Below, piece after piece: positions 38,101 through 49,806 of a DNA stretch of 64,000 bases. The position numbers and the translations under genes were made by a program. Location of the stretch: the NCBI RefSeq assembly GCF_036971445.1, contig NC_091478.1:63240001-63304000 (forward strand), read 5' to 3'. The notes under the pieces were generated by a model. The model was not told the origin of the DNA and searched no databases. It saw only the letters and a list, made by a program, of their open reading frames with translations. Every line of letters begins with the position of its first letter. Position 1 is the first letter of the stretch. This DNA comes from Narcine bancroftii. Its lineage: Eukaryota.

Positions 38101-41100
38101 CCCATATTTGTTAAATATTGTAATATTATTTCTTAAATTATATGTTATTTTTTCTAATGGAATACATTTATTCATTTCTATGTACCATTGTTGTATTCTC
38201 AAGTTATCTTCTAGTTTCCAGGCTGACATAATACATTTTTTTGCTACAGCTAGGGCTATCATAACAAATCTATTTTGTGCACCATCCAAATCAAGTCCAA
38301 ATTCTTTGTTTTTTTATGTTACTTAGGAGGAAGATCTCTGGGTTTTTTGGTATATTGCTTTTTGTGATTTTATTTAATATCTGGTTTAGATCTTCCCAAA
38401 ATTTTTTCACTTTCTCATATGTCCATATTGTATGAATTATTGTTCCCATTTCCTTTTTACAGCGAAAACATCTGTCAGATACTGTTGGGTCCCATTTATT
38501 TAACTTTTGAGGTGTAATATATAGCCTGTGTATCCAGTTATATTGTATCATACATAACCTGGTATTTATTGTATTTCTCATAGTTCCTGAGCATAACTTC
38601 TCCCATATTTCCTTCTTTATCTTTATGTTTAGATCTTGTTCCCATTTTTGTTTAGTTTTACCATTTGTTTCCTCATTCTCCTTTTCTTGTAGTTTAATAT
38701 ACATGTTTGTTACAAATGTTTTGATTATCATTGTGTCTGTAATCACATATTCAAAATTACTTCCCTCTGGTAACCTCAGACTGCTTCCCAATTTGTCCGT
38801 CAAGTAGGATTTCAGTTGGTAGTATGCCAACACTGTATCGTGAGTCATATTATATTTATCCTTTATTTGTTCAAAGGATAATAATTTATTTCCCGAAAAA
38901 CAATTTTCTATTCTTTTGATCCCTTTTTTCTCCCATTCTCTAAAGGAAAGGTTATCTATTGTAAAAGGGATTAGCTGATTTTGCGTCAGTACTAGTTTTG
39001 ATAGTTGGTAATTTGTTTTATTCCTTTCTACATGAATCTTCTTCCAAATATTGGGCAGATGATGTAATACTGGAGAATTCCTACATTGTACCAATTTTTC
39101 ATCCCATTTATATAATATATGTTCAGGTATCTTCTCCCCTATTTTATCTACTTCTAATCTAGTCCAATCTGGCTTTTCCCTTGTTTGATAAAAATCTGAT
39201 AGGTATCTTAATTGTGCGGCTCTATAATAATTTTTAAAGTTTGGCAGTTGTAAGCCTCCTTGTTTATACCATTCTTTTAATTCATCTAGTGCTATCCTCA
39301 GTTTCCCCCCTCTCCATAAAAATTTCCTTATTATTTTCATTAACCCCTTGAAGAATTTCTCTGTCAAGTGTATTGGCAATGCCTGAAATAGGTATTGTAT
39401 CCTTGGGAAAATGTTCATTTTAATACAGTTTATCCTTCCTATTAGTGTTAGTGGTAAGTCTTTCCAATGCTTTAAGTCGTCCTGTAATTTTTTTCATTAG
39501 TGGATAATAATTGAGTTTATATAGATGGCCGAGGTTTTTATTTATTTGTATACCTAGGTATCGCATTGCTTGCATTTGCCATCTGAATGGTGATTCTTTC
39601 TTAAATTTTGAGAAATCCGCATTATTCATTGGCATTGCTTCACTTTTATTTGTGTTAATCTTGTATCCCGACACTTCTCCATATTCCTTCAATTTCTTAT
39701 GTAATTCTTTTATTGATATTTCTGGTTCTGTTAAGTATACTATAACGTCATCTGCAAATAAACTGATTTTATATTCCTTGTCTTTCATTTTTATTCCTTT
39801 TATTTTATTTTCTGTTCTTCTCCACCTTATATGTTTGTAGTGTTTCATATTTTATTTTTTTGTCTGCCAATTCTCTTCTTTTAGTTGTATCTTCCTTTAT
39901 TGCTAATTCTTTTTCTATATTTGTTATTTCCCTTTCCAACTGTTCTCTTTCCCGATTGTAGTCCTTCTTCATCTTAGTTACATAACTTATTATTTGCCCT
40001 CTGATGAACGCTTTCATTGCGTCCCATAGTATAAACTTATCTTTCACTGATTCCGTATTTATTTCAAAGTACATTTTAATTGTTCATTCAATTAATTCTC
40101 TAAAATCCTGCCTTTTAAGTAGCATGGAGTTTAATCTCCATCTATACATTCTTGGAGGGATGTCCTCTAACTCTATTGTCAATATCAGGGGTGAGTGGTC
40201 CAATAATATTCTAGCTTTATATTCTGCTTTCCTAACTCTGTCTTGCATGCGAGCTGATAACAGGAATAGGTCTATTCTTGAGTATGTTTTATGTCTACCC
40301 GAATAATATGAATATTCCTTTTCCTTTGGGTGTTGTTTCCTCCATATATCCAAAAGTTGCATTTCTTGCATCGATTTAATTATAAATTTGGTTACTTTGT
40401 TCTTTCTGTTAATTTTTTTCCCAGTTTTATCCATGTTTGAATCCAAATTAAGGTTGAAATCCCCTCCTATTAGTATGTTCCCTTGCATGTCTGCTATCTT
40501 CAAAAAAAATCTTGCATAAATTTTTGATCTTCTTCGTTAGGTGAATATACATTGAGTAAATTCCAAAACTCTGAATATATCTGACATTTAATCATTACAT
40601 ATCTCCCTGCTGGATCTATTATTTCCTCTTCTATTTTAATTGGTACATTTTTACTGACTAATATAGCTACTCCTCTAGCTTTTGAATTATATGACGCTGC
40701 TGTTACATGTCCTATCCAATCTCTCTTTAATTTCTTGTGCTCCACTTCAGTTAAGTGTGTTTCTTGCACGAATGCTATATCAAATTTTTCTTTTTTCAGT
40801 AAATTTAGCAGTTTCTTCCTTTTGATTTGGTTATGTATTCTGTTAATATTTAAAGTCATATAGTTCAACATAGCCATTTCATACTTTGTTTATCTTTCCT
40901 TTCCGTTTCCTCATCATCACCTTTCCTTCTTATCCATTTCTGCTTTCTTTTTTGAAAACTTTATAAGACACATTTCTAAAACATCAAACATTTCCCTTAT
41001 TCTCCTATCTAAAATTTCTTTAACACCACTATCCCCTCCCCTTCCTGAGTTGCCCTTTATCCCTTGTCGGGCAACCACATCTCCCCTCTCCATTTGGATT

Positions 41101-44100
41101 TGCAAATTCACTCGCAAGCGTCAACTGATTTCGCAGTGACCGTAACTCCTCCCCACCCAGCCCCCCCCAGAAAAGATTTTAATTTTCATATACAACAAAG
41201 GTCACTCTTTTAATTCCCTCCTTACTTCCTCTCTTCCCTTTCTTTCCCTTATTAATTCTTATCTATACTCTATATATTTTCTCTTAAATACACATACACA
41301 CACACACACATATATATATATACATATATATACCCATATACACACATACATATAGTTCGTGGTCATTTTTGCTCCTGTTACATGTCTTCATCTCTCTGTC
41401 TGTTTTGTATTTGTTCTGCAAATTTTCGTGCTTCCTCCGGATCCGAGAATAGTCTGTTTTGCTGCCCCGGAATAACTATTTTAAGTACCGCTGTGTACTT
41501 TAGCATAAATTTATATCCTTTTTTTCCATAGGATTGCTTTTGCTGTATTAAACTCCTTCCTCTTCTTCAGGAGTTCAAAACTTATATCTGGATAGAAAAA
41601 ATTTTTTGACCTTTGTATTCCAGTTGCTTTTTGTCTTCTCTTACTTTCTTCATTGCTTTCTCCAATATATTTTCTCTTGTTGTATATCTTAGGAATTTTA
41701 CTAAAATGGATCTTGATTTTTGTTGTGGTTGTGGTTTAGGGGCTAATGTTCTGTGTGCCCTTTCTATTTCTATTTCCTCCTGTAATTCTGGTCTTCCTAG
41801 GACCCTGGGGATCCAATATTTTATAAATTCTCTCATATTCTTCCTTTCTTCATCTTCCTTAAGGCCCACTATCTTTATATTATTTCTTCTATTATAATTT
41901 TCCATTATATCTATCTTCTGAGCTAACAGCTCTTGTGTCTCTTTAACTTTTTTATTAGATTCTTCTAATTTCTTTTTTAAGTCATCTACTTCCATTTCTA
42001 TGGCTGTTTCTCGTTCTTCCACCTTGTCCACTCTTTTTCCTAAATCTGACATGACCATCTCTAATCTATTCATTTTTTCTTCTGTACTTTTTATTCTCCT
42101 TTTTATTTCACTAAATTCTTGTGATTGCCATTCTTTTATTGATTCCATATATTCTTCAAATAATATATATCCATTGTCTTGCCCTTCCCTTCATCTTCAA
42201 TTTCTCTGTGTTCTTCTTCTTCTTCCTCTGCGTTGGTCATCTGCTGTTTCTTTGATTTCTTTTTACTCTCTTCTTTCTTGATCTCATTGTTTTCTATGTT
42301 CTCTTCTTGTTGTTGTGCTGTGGCTGTCATTCTCAGCTGTGAAGATCGAATTCTCAGCTGGTCACCCCTCCCGTCAGTTATTTTTTTGTCTTGCGCATCG
42401 CGCATGCGCGACTCCTTCTTCTCTTCTCTTCTTCTCTTCTTCCCGTTGCTTTCGACTTTTCTTTGTTCGTTGCCATTTTCTTCCCACTTTTACTTTCACT
42501 TTATTTTAATTTTCGTGTTTGTGCCTTTGTGTTTTCTCTGTTTTTTTTAAAACTTTTCCGGAGAGGGCTGGAGTTCCCCAACCGGCCACTACTCCATCAC
42601 GTGACTCCCTCCCCCTTCTCTCTTCTATGGATGTGAGACCTGAACTCTGTACCAATGTCACATCAAACATCTGGAGCAATTCCACATGTGTGCTATCAAT
42701 TCCAGCCTTGGCATCCGTTGGCAAGACCCTATCTCCAACCTGGAGGTCTTTGGTCATGCAAAGTCCACCGACATTAAGTCCCTGCTTATCAGGAGCCAGA
42801 TGTGGTGGTGGGAAACGTCTTCAGAATGGACCACCGTATGCCTCGCTAGCAGTTCTATGGTGAACTGAATGCCAGAAGGAGACCTCAATGTCGTCCACAC
42901 AAATGATATAAAGATGCTGTGAAGGAAACCCTACAGTGCTGTGACAACCTGCCAAGAGAACTCGAAGCTGAGGCTGCTGACAGATCCCGTTGTCGAGCCC
43001 TGTGCTATGAAAACTACACCAGCTTTGAAGACAAATGCTGCCAAAAACTGATGGAAAACTGTGAACAGTGTCTCAAAGCAGCAGCCAAAGTTATTACAAA
43101 AACCAACATCCAGTGCCCCCATTGTGCCAGACTGGGACTGCAAAGTCACCTTTGCCTCCACAGATGAAATGCACAACAATGTCTTCTTCGAACTGAAGGA
43201 CTACCAATCATATAAATCCATTAATTAATTTATTAAATATCTGTGTGTGTGTGTGTGTGTGTGTGTGCGTGCATGTGTGTGTGTGTGTGTGTGTGTGTGT
43301 AGCAGTGACTACACTGCTCCTGCAATAACACACACATCCAGACAGGTTGAGCTCAGTGAGCAGCTGCTGGGCTGCACTTATACTCCCCGTCCGGACCTGG
43401 CTGAGAACCGCGCTAGAGGTCGCTGATGTCACCTGGGCATCATGTGGTCCCCCAGCATGGGTTTCTGAGCCCCATGCTGGAAGGAAGGGAAACCCCCGAC
43501 AGCGCCATTTCAGCTGGGTGCCCCACTGCGTGGCTGACAAGCGGGGCCGGTTCACCTGCCTTGTGGTGAGCCACCACACATTTCCCTTCCCCCCAGAACC
43601 GGCATCAATGTCCTTTATCACCAGGCAGCCTTTCTTCTTGGGCTGAGCAATGACCATGGGCTTGGTGGGATCGAGGTGCACCGGCATCAGCCTGTCCATG
43701 GAAAACAGCTCCCTCCTGCCACCAATATCCAGTGTTGATGTCGAGCCAGAATGCTGCACAACCCTGTACGGCCCCTCATATGATCACTGCAGAGGAGCCG
43801 CGGTGGGGCTCCACTGAACGAAAATGTACTCCACAGAAAGAAGTTCGCCAGGAACGTGAGATGGGCGGGTGCCATGACTGGGCAGCAGTGGGGGGTTTGA
43901 ACAAGTCCAAGTGTGCCCTGAGCTGAAAAAGTAGGTCGCATGGTGGGGTGGTCCATGAGGTCAGTTCCTGGATTCGATGGCCGTGGCCACTATGATGCTG
44001 ATCTGGGCTCTAGTGTCAACGAGGAACTGCTGGCCACTGACTGAGTTCTGCAGGTAAAGGTGCTGTGTCCTTGGCCAGCCGCCAAAGCCATTAACAGCGG

Positions 44101-47100
44101 CCAGCTTGGTCGTTTCCCTGGATTGAGCAGGGCTGATGACACTTCCAAGCCTTGACTCCCCAGCGCTGGTGGTAGAATCAAAGGCCTGAAGTGTATGCTG
44201 TGGCCTTGGTTATGCTCTTGGGAGCCCCTTCAGGGGCCGGGTGCTCTGCTGCAGTGCTAGAGGTGGGATTGGCATGGTCATGTCCATGCCTCGTGACCTG
44301 CTGGACCATTGAGCCCTCTGGGGATCATGCAAGCTATAGCTCTTGGACCTTCTGGGTGACTTTCCTTGGGTTGGTGAAGCTCTCCTGGACCCGCAGAGGC
44401 TGGATTTCCCCAAGCATATGGTCGAGAAAGATGCACTCAAAGAGTGGGCAGTTGGTGTGCTCACCCATGAGTGCGAGCATCTCATCCATCAGCTCCATCG
44501 GGGACCTGTCCTTCAGGGTGTCGAGGTGCAGCATCCTAGCGGCACACTGGTGTCTGGATAGTCTGAGGGACCCGGTAACCACTTGCTTGATGGTCTCGTA
44601 TTTGTCCTCGGCGGGTGAGTGCTGAACAAGTTGCAGCATGTGTCTGGCAGTGGCCTGGTCCAGGGCAGTGACCACATGGTAGAATTTGGTCATGTCGGAT
44701 GAAATCTTGCAGAGGTGAAACTGGATCTCCACATGGCCAAACCAGGTCTTTGGCTCCTGAACCCAGAATTCAGGCAGTTTTACAGCTATAGTGTTGATCC
44801 CAGGCTCACTCATGATGGGTTCAAAGATATTTGAACCATTCGGGATCACCAATTGTAGTGACAGCTACACTGCTCCTACAATAACACATACAACCAGACG
44901 GATTGAGCTCAGTGAGCAGACTCTGGTTTATTGCAGGCTGCTGGGCTGCACTTATACTCCCCGCCTGGTTCTGGCTGAGAATCGTGCTGGAGGGCACTGA
45001 CATCACCCGGGCGTCACGTGGTCCCCCAGCGTGGGTTTCTGAGCCCCATGCTGGAAGGAAGGGAAACCCCTGACAGTGCCATTTTGGCCGGCTGCCCCAC
45101 AATGTGGCTTACATGTGGGGCCGCTTCGCCTGCTTTGTGGTGAGCCACCACATATGTTTATATTATAATTACATATATATAAATAGAGAGCTATATTTAT
45201 GGCCAAATGTCACATTATGTATCCTAATGCTCGATATAAGTGCCTTGTCTGTCTTTGTATGTTCTATAGCTTTGTAGCCACAAGTACTTGTTGAGACAGG
45301 TGCTGGGAGTCAATGCATGGAATGCATTTGGAAAATTTTTTGAAGTTGATGTCAAACTCCATGGAAAATCCCCAGCCCCTTGAAAGGAAAATGAAAACAT
45401 TATTTCATCTTAATGAATAATACATGAATGTTTCATCTGTAAATGTACTCTTTAATTTACAATTTCTATGTAGTTCTATTTCTTCCAATCTTCATACAGT
45501 AAAGATTGAAAGACACGTTAAAATGTTCTGCCTTGTTAACCTTAATCCATGTAAATGAGTATATGTATCACGGTTTCTTTTTTTTTCCACCAGATTCAAA
45601 AAGCACTTATGAAAGTCTTATTTTTCCATGTATAGTAGGAGGATCAGCAATTCTTGTTCTGATCATAATTTTGACCATAGTTGCATTAAAGAGAAAACCA
45701 GGTAAGAACCTTACAAAATTGAACAAATGTTCCCATTTCCTAATTCCATTGATGGAAGAAAGAAGCATACATTTGGCATTTAACACCATCATCCCCTCAA
45801 AATTGATCAGCAAACTCCAAGAACTGGGACTCAACACCAAATTGTGCAATTAAATCCAGACCACAATTAATGAGCTTGGTAAGAAAGTGTCCTCCACAAT
45901 CTCCATTACTACTGGAGCACTGGAGGGCTGTGTTCTTAGCCCCCTGCTCTACTCACTTTATGCCTATGATTGTGTGGCTCAGTATGACAATAACACCACC
46001 TGCAAGTTCACTGGTGATTCCACAGTAGTGGCCGTATAAAAAGGGGCTATGTGCCAGCAAATAGGAGAGAGATTGAAAACCTGGGTGAATGGGGCACCAA
46101 CAATCTCACACTCAATGTCACCAAAACCAAGGAGCTAACTGTTAACTTCAGGAAGGGAACACCAGAATGTACAATGCATTGATCATTGGGAGATCAGAGG
46201 TAGAGAGGGTGAGCAAATTTAAGTTCTTTGTAGTCACAATCGTGGAGGATCTTTTCTGTACCTAATACAAATGCCACCATGGAGGAAGTACATCAGTGCC
46301 TCTACTTCCTCAGAAGTTTGCAAAGGTTTGGCATGACATCACCAACACTGGAAAATTTCACAGATGCGTGGTGGAAAGTGTTCTGACTAGATGCATCACA
46401 GTCTGGTATGGGGGGTCACCAATACATCTGTGTGTGAAGCCCTGCAAAAGGTAGTGGACACAGCTCAGGACATCACTAGTAAAACCCTCCCCAACATTGG
46501 GAACATCTATAGGGAACACATCATGGGAGAGTAGCAGCAATTGTCAAGGATTCACACCACCTTGCACATGCTCTGTTCTCGATGACACCATCAGGAAAGA
46601 GGTATAGACACCACAGGACTTGCACCGCTTGCTTCAGGAACAGCTACTACCCGTCCACCACCAGACTCTTCAACAATAAACTCAATCAGGGACTCATTTA
46701 AGTACTCTTATTTTTGCACTTTATTGATTTTTTTCCCCCTGTATCTGTATGGCACAGTTTGTTGACATTTATTTATTTGTTTACATGTGTATATTGAGTC
46801 AGTTTTTTTCACACTGCCAATAAATGGTAATTCTGCCATTCCTGCAGTAGAAAGCATCTCAGGGTTGTATGTGATGTTATACATGTACTCTGGCAATAAC
46901 TCGGAAGTCATTAAGGAGAGAAACAAATATTTTCAAGCATTGACAGTGGAGAATACCAGTTACAAACTGGAATACAAATACCATTATTTCACCTTCCCAT
47001 TCGAATCATTCAATATTACCTTGAACTTGCTTTCCAAACACTCAAACAACGTTTACAGCGCTAGCAAGCCAGGTTCGAATCCGGGGTTGTCTGTAAGGAT

Positions 47101-49077
47101 TTCTTCCCGTGAATGCGTGGGTTTTCTTCCGGGGGCTCCGGTTTCCTCCCAGCCTTCAAAACGTACCGGGGCTCGTAGGTGAATTGGATGTGATTGGGCT
47201 GCATGGGCTCGTGGGCCGGAAGGTCCTGTTACCGTGCTGTACTGTATGTCTAAAATTACATATAGAAAATGTCAGATTTTTAGCCATAAATAATTTGGGA
47301 TTGATCTTGATTTTAGGTTAAAAAAAACAGTATTAGTTTTCTTGGTGATACAATTAGTCATTTTCAAGTGCAACACAGCTGTTGACGTGCATGTTCAACC
47401 ATGGACACAGGAAGCAGCACATTCTTTTGCCAAAAATAGTGTTCCAAAAATATCTTCGAGTAGCTGTTACCAGCGTTCCGGTGTTCGGACTTTGTAATTT
47501 AATTATAATGACAATTCAAGTGGATAACTTTCACCTTCCTAAAAAGCAATCCTGTCATTGAAAATGGGTTTGTTCCCCTCCTTAGGTCGTGATACCATCG
47601 CCGTGGAAGAAATCCGAACTGGAAATCCGGTAGGTTAATGTGATTTTCCACCCCCGAGGGCTGGACAAGTCGAGAAATGTTATGATCTGCAAAGAATATA
47701 TAAATTTAATTCCTTAAAAATTGCAGCGTAGAATGAAACGATGCTGCCTGTTGATTGCATCGCTAGAACAAGTGTCTCCGCTTATAAATCCGCTGCCTCA
47801 GAGTTCCGATGATGCGGCTTCAGTCCTGACTTATTCCTGGAGTTTACAGCTTCTTCCTTCATGGAAGTACCTGTGATTGGTGAGAGCTCTCTGTTAGGTC
47901 CCCAATATGTGGACATTGAAGATGGTAACCGTTACCCTAAAGTACAGGAAAGTAGGGAAATGGGGATAACCGTGGAGCAACGAAGGTGGCCGAAACCGAG
48001 AAACTAATACAACTGGTAAAGCACGTTTCCAAATTGTTCACTTAAAATCAATGTAGATTAAAAATATCCACAAACAAAAATGAACGCTGGAGCTGACATG
48101 CCTCACGTCTTCCCCGAATGTCGTTCTGGGCATATCCTTGAGTGCACCCAGCATTAAATTGTGCACTTTTTGGGGGGTTTATCCTCGCCTTGTTTAAGGC
48201 TTCAGGCTCAGTTTCCCTTCATGGAACTACACCAGACCCACTGCTAGCATTATAATGTTATCCTTCTAACAGGCTGGACAAGAGTCACCGGGACATGGCT
48301 CTGCACTAAATTTGAGCGAGGACAGGAGATTTCCCAAAGTTCGACACCAGGAAGAGCAGGTAAAGCCGGGGGCTTGGAGTAAAGAACATAGAAAATGATC
48401 GTTGCAATACCTGAAATTCATGTAGAGGTATTTGAAATAAGCGCTTGGAAATGTAAGCGTTCCACATATTTTGTGTCCTAAGCATTCCTTTAAGTACTTA
48501 GACGCCGGCACATGCTGTTCCGCGTGTTCAGCAGGTCCAATTCTAGCTTTCTTTGCCAACCGAGGGGTATTGATTCATCGCAAAGACATGCGGGTTGATG
48601 GCCACTGTACAGAGCCACAAGTATGTAGGTGACTGGTGGACTCTGAGGGGAAGACAGTGATGACGGCAATCTGGTGAAAATTAAATGGGATTATTTTAAA
48701 TGGGCGCATGCTGGTGGTCGCAGACTCGTTTCCACAATATATGGCATTCTTTACCTCTATATGACATTAGTTCCTGTACCAAGAAAATCTTTTAGGAACA
48801 GAGGAAAATAATTTAATGCTCATCTCTGTGTAAACTGGCTGCGAATTTAGCGTGATAAAACTGAGTTCATTGCAATTTTTATTTTAAAATCGATCGGCTG
48901 GACAATGGACTAACGGCCGATATTGAATTACTTTCACAGACTAAAACAGGAGGAGCGGAAAAACTGACTTACGCCTCTCTGCAGCTTCAAAAGTCCAATA
49001 AAACCACGGCATTTAACGAGAAAGACGCCCGTGCGGTGTATGCAGGTGTAAAGGTTTCAAGAGAAGCGAGAAGCTGA
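29088..49077 (+). CDS. Six-exon IgSF receptor gene (leader-VJ-C1-TM-cytoplasmic ITIM), 315 aa; SIRP-like / non-rearranging antigen-receptor-like. join(29088..29142,29308..29613,31604..31900,45594..45701,47586..47629,48940..49077)
   Basis: All introns are GT-AG with compatible phases (1,1,1,1,0). Exon lengths 55+306+297+108+44+138 = 948 nt, with no internal stop. The one-domain-per-exon, phase-1 layout is typical of IgSF genes. Confidence 0.88.
29308..29613 (+). CDS. Exon: germline-joined VJ-type Ig domain (AAKATSNKVEQ...VTMYC...SWWKEG...DIGMYYCQVKHRQQIIGNGSGSQLIVL)
   Basis: Acceptor tttttcccag|cag (NAGNAG). B-strand Cys, C-strand Trp, DxGxYxC and a J-like GxGSxLxV are all in one exon. Donor A|GTGAGT, phase 1. 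Confidence 0.95.
29782..29915 (+). mobile_element. tRNA-derived V-SINE/HE1-like SINE
   Basis: gcacggttagagtagcggttagc head and the V-domain-like core gtacgttctctccgtgtctgcgtgggtttccc. Further copies at about 30950-31170 (-) and 47045-47250 (+). Confidence 0.7.
31604..31900 (+). CDS. Exon: C1-set Ig domain (TPPTPLNIVP...LACKTAPFYPEELEIIW...GFYEASSVL...YTCLVSHEAL...FEQ)
   Basis: Acceptor ttctctctgtcgcag|. C1 signatures CxxxxFYPxxxxxxW and YxCxVxHxxL. Donor G|GTAAGG, phase 1. Confidence 0.95.
33575..36170 (-). mobile_element. Degenerate CR1 LINE in intron 3
   Basis: MEFNVDK.EVLHFG, ERVQRRFIRMLPG, LYSLERRRMRGDLIE. Flanked by Penelope remnants at about 33330-33550 and 36200-36580. Confidence 0.88.
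36636..36793 (+). pseudogene. Possible decayed alternative TM exon with TM Arg (activating-type); speculative
   Basis: Non-TE island between CR1/Penelope and RTE, with acceptor ...catccccag|. Allowing frameshifts, it reads GNVIRDSFLQQ/KWDYNWDSGLLSKLQMGRNLLLG/IFM/TLI/IILVVYSILKL*. Confidence 0.3.
37080..43200 (+). mobile_element. RTE LINE (37080-37782 and 42613-43200) split by an L1 insertion
   Basis: GVKHGCVLA, FADDC, and VVIPSL|..GCETW across the L1. 14-bp TSD cccttctctcttct at 37769-37782 and 42613-42626. Confidence 0.88.
37783..42612 (-). mobile_element. Young L1 with 5'UTR, ORF1 and ORF2; internal ORF2 deletion at about 39818
   Basis: ORF1 ENYNRRNNIKIVGLKE / IERAHR. ORF2 endonuclease starts at 40877, RT SLFADD. 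The N-terminal RT motifs (DAEKAFD, QGCP) are missing between ...YKVEK and RTENKIKG. Confidence 0.93.
43242..43299. repeat. (TG)n microsatellite at the LTR insertion site
   Basis: Direct read. Confidence 0.9.
43298..45152 (-). mobile_element. Internally deleted Gypsy element with both LTRs (43298-43578 and 44854-45152), PBS, gag and integrase tail
   Basis: Direct repeats of about 290 bp, TGT...ACA. PBS tggtgatcccg. Gag AVKLPEFWVQEPKTWF. PPT adjacent to the left LTR. RT absent. Confidence 0.9.
45594..45701 (+). CDS. Exon: stalk + transmembrane (DSKSTYESLIFPCIVGGSAILVLIIILTIVALKRKP)
   Basis: Acceptor ttttttccaccag|. Uncharged hydrophobic stretch of about 23 aa followed by a KRK stop-transfer. 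Donor G|GTAAGA, phase 1. Confidence 0.9.
45750..46880 (+). mobile_element. Rex-Babar/L2-like LINE in intron 4
   Basis: AFNTIIPSKLISKL, GCVLSPLLYSL, LNVTKTKEL. Confidence 0.85.
47586..47629 (+). CDS. Exon: short cytoplasmic exon (GRDTIAVEEIRTGNP)
   Basis: Acceptor ttcccctccttag|, donor CCG|GTAGGT. It converts phase 1 to phase 0, exactly as needed to join the TM exon to the ITIM exon. Confidence 0.78.
48940..49077 (+). CDS. Terminal exon with ITIM LTYASL and distal motif AVYAGV (TKTGGAEKLTYASLQLQKSNKTTAFNEKDARAVYAGVKVSREARS*)
   Basis: Acceptor ttactttcacag|, phase 0. Perfect (I/V/L/S)xYxx(L/V) ITIM. TGA at 49075-49077. Confidence 0.88.
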   Translation, partial: TKTGGAEKLTYASLQLQKSNKTTAFNEKDARAVYAGVKVSREARS

Positions 49078-49300
49078 GAATCAAATTAAGTTTCCATTCC
49101 TAGGCTACGAATGAATAGAGATCAAAGATGTTTATTTTTAATCGTTACAGTGCAGACTACGAAACGACAAGAGAAACAACACACACACAGGCGAAGAAAG
49201 CGAAGTGGTCATTTTTACCTCGGACTGTGATAAATTTCTCACTGACCGTATCAACACAGCCCTCGTTTTCCGATCTCTGCTAACATGAAACGGGCTGCGA

Positions 49301-49306
49301 AATAAA
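49301..49306 (+). terminator. Candidate polyadenylation signal AATAAA of the receptor gene
   Basis: First AATAAA after the stop, about 225 nt downstream. A second one lies at about 49542. Confidence 0.55.
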
Positions 49307-49806
49307 GTTCTGCACTTTCTCGTTACTGGGAGGGAGATATTATCAAAATGTCGTGAAAACTTTGTTCGTGAATGGTGGCTGATACATTAATGCTAATTAA
49401 TTCTTGGGTTTTTTTTCCAATGCAGATATTTGTGTTTAATTAAAGCAGCTGCCTGTTCACCTCATTCCATGGCTGGACGTCCCTCGTTTGTCACAAAAAC
49501 GAGTACGGGCAGGAACCAAGGGAAGAAAATCGTGGGCTCGCAATAAATACTTTAACAGCGTTTCGCAAATAATTGTCGGACTTCAGTGCCCTCGGGGCAG
49601 AGGGAACTGTCAGCGGGGACAGTCGGGACAGCGGGAGCTGTCGGGGTCGCGGGGGCTGTCAGCGGGGACCGGCGGGACACATTGGACACATCCAATTTCT
49701 TCCAAAAGAAGTTAACATTTTTCATTAACTGTGACATGAATGCCCAATTGCAAGACCCACTACCCACTACATACCCTCTACATACTGTCGAAATAATATA
49801 TCATTA

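Noticed and set aside
31901-45593. Second C1 exon (SIRP-type V-C1-C1)
   Set aside because: No further FYP/YxCxVxH exon was found by eye in intron 3, which is mostly TE. A highly diverged exon cannot be fully excluded without a search.
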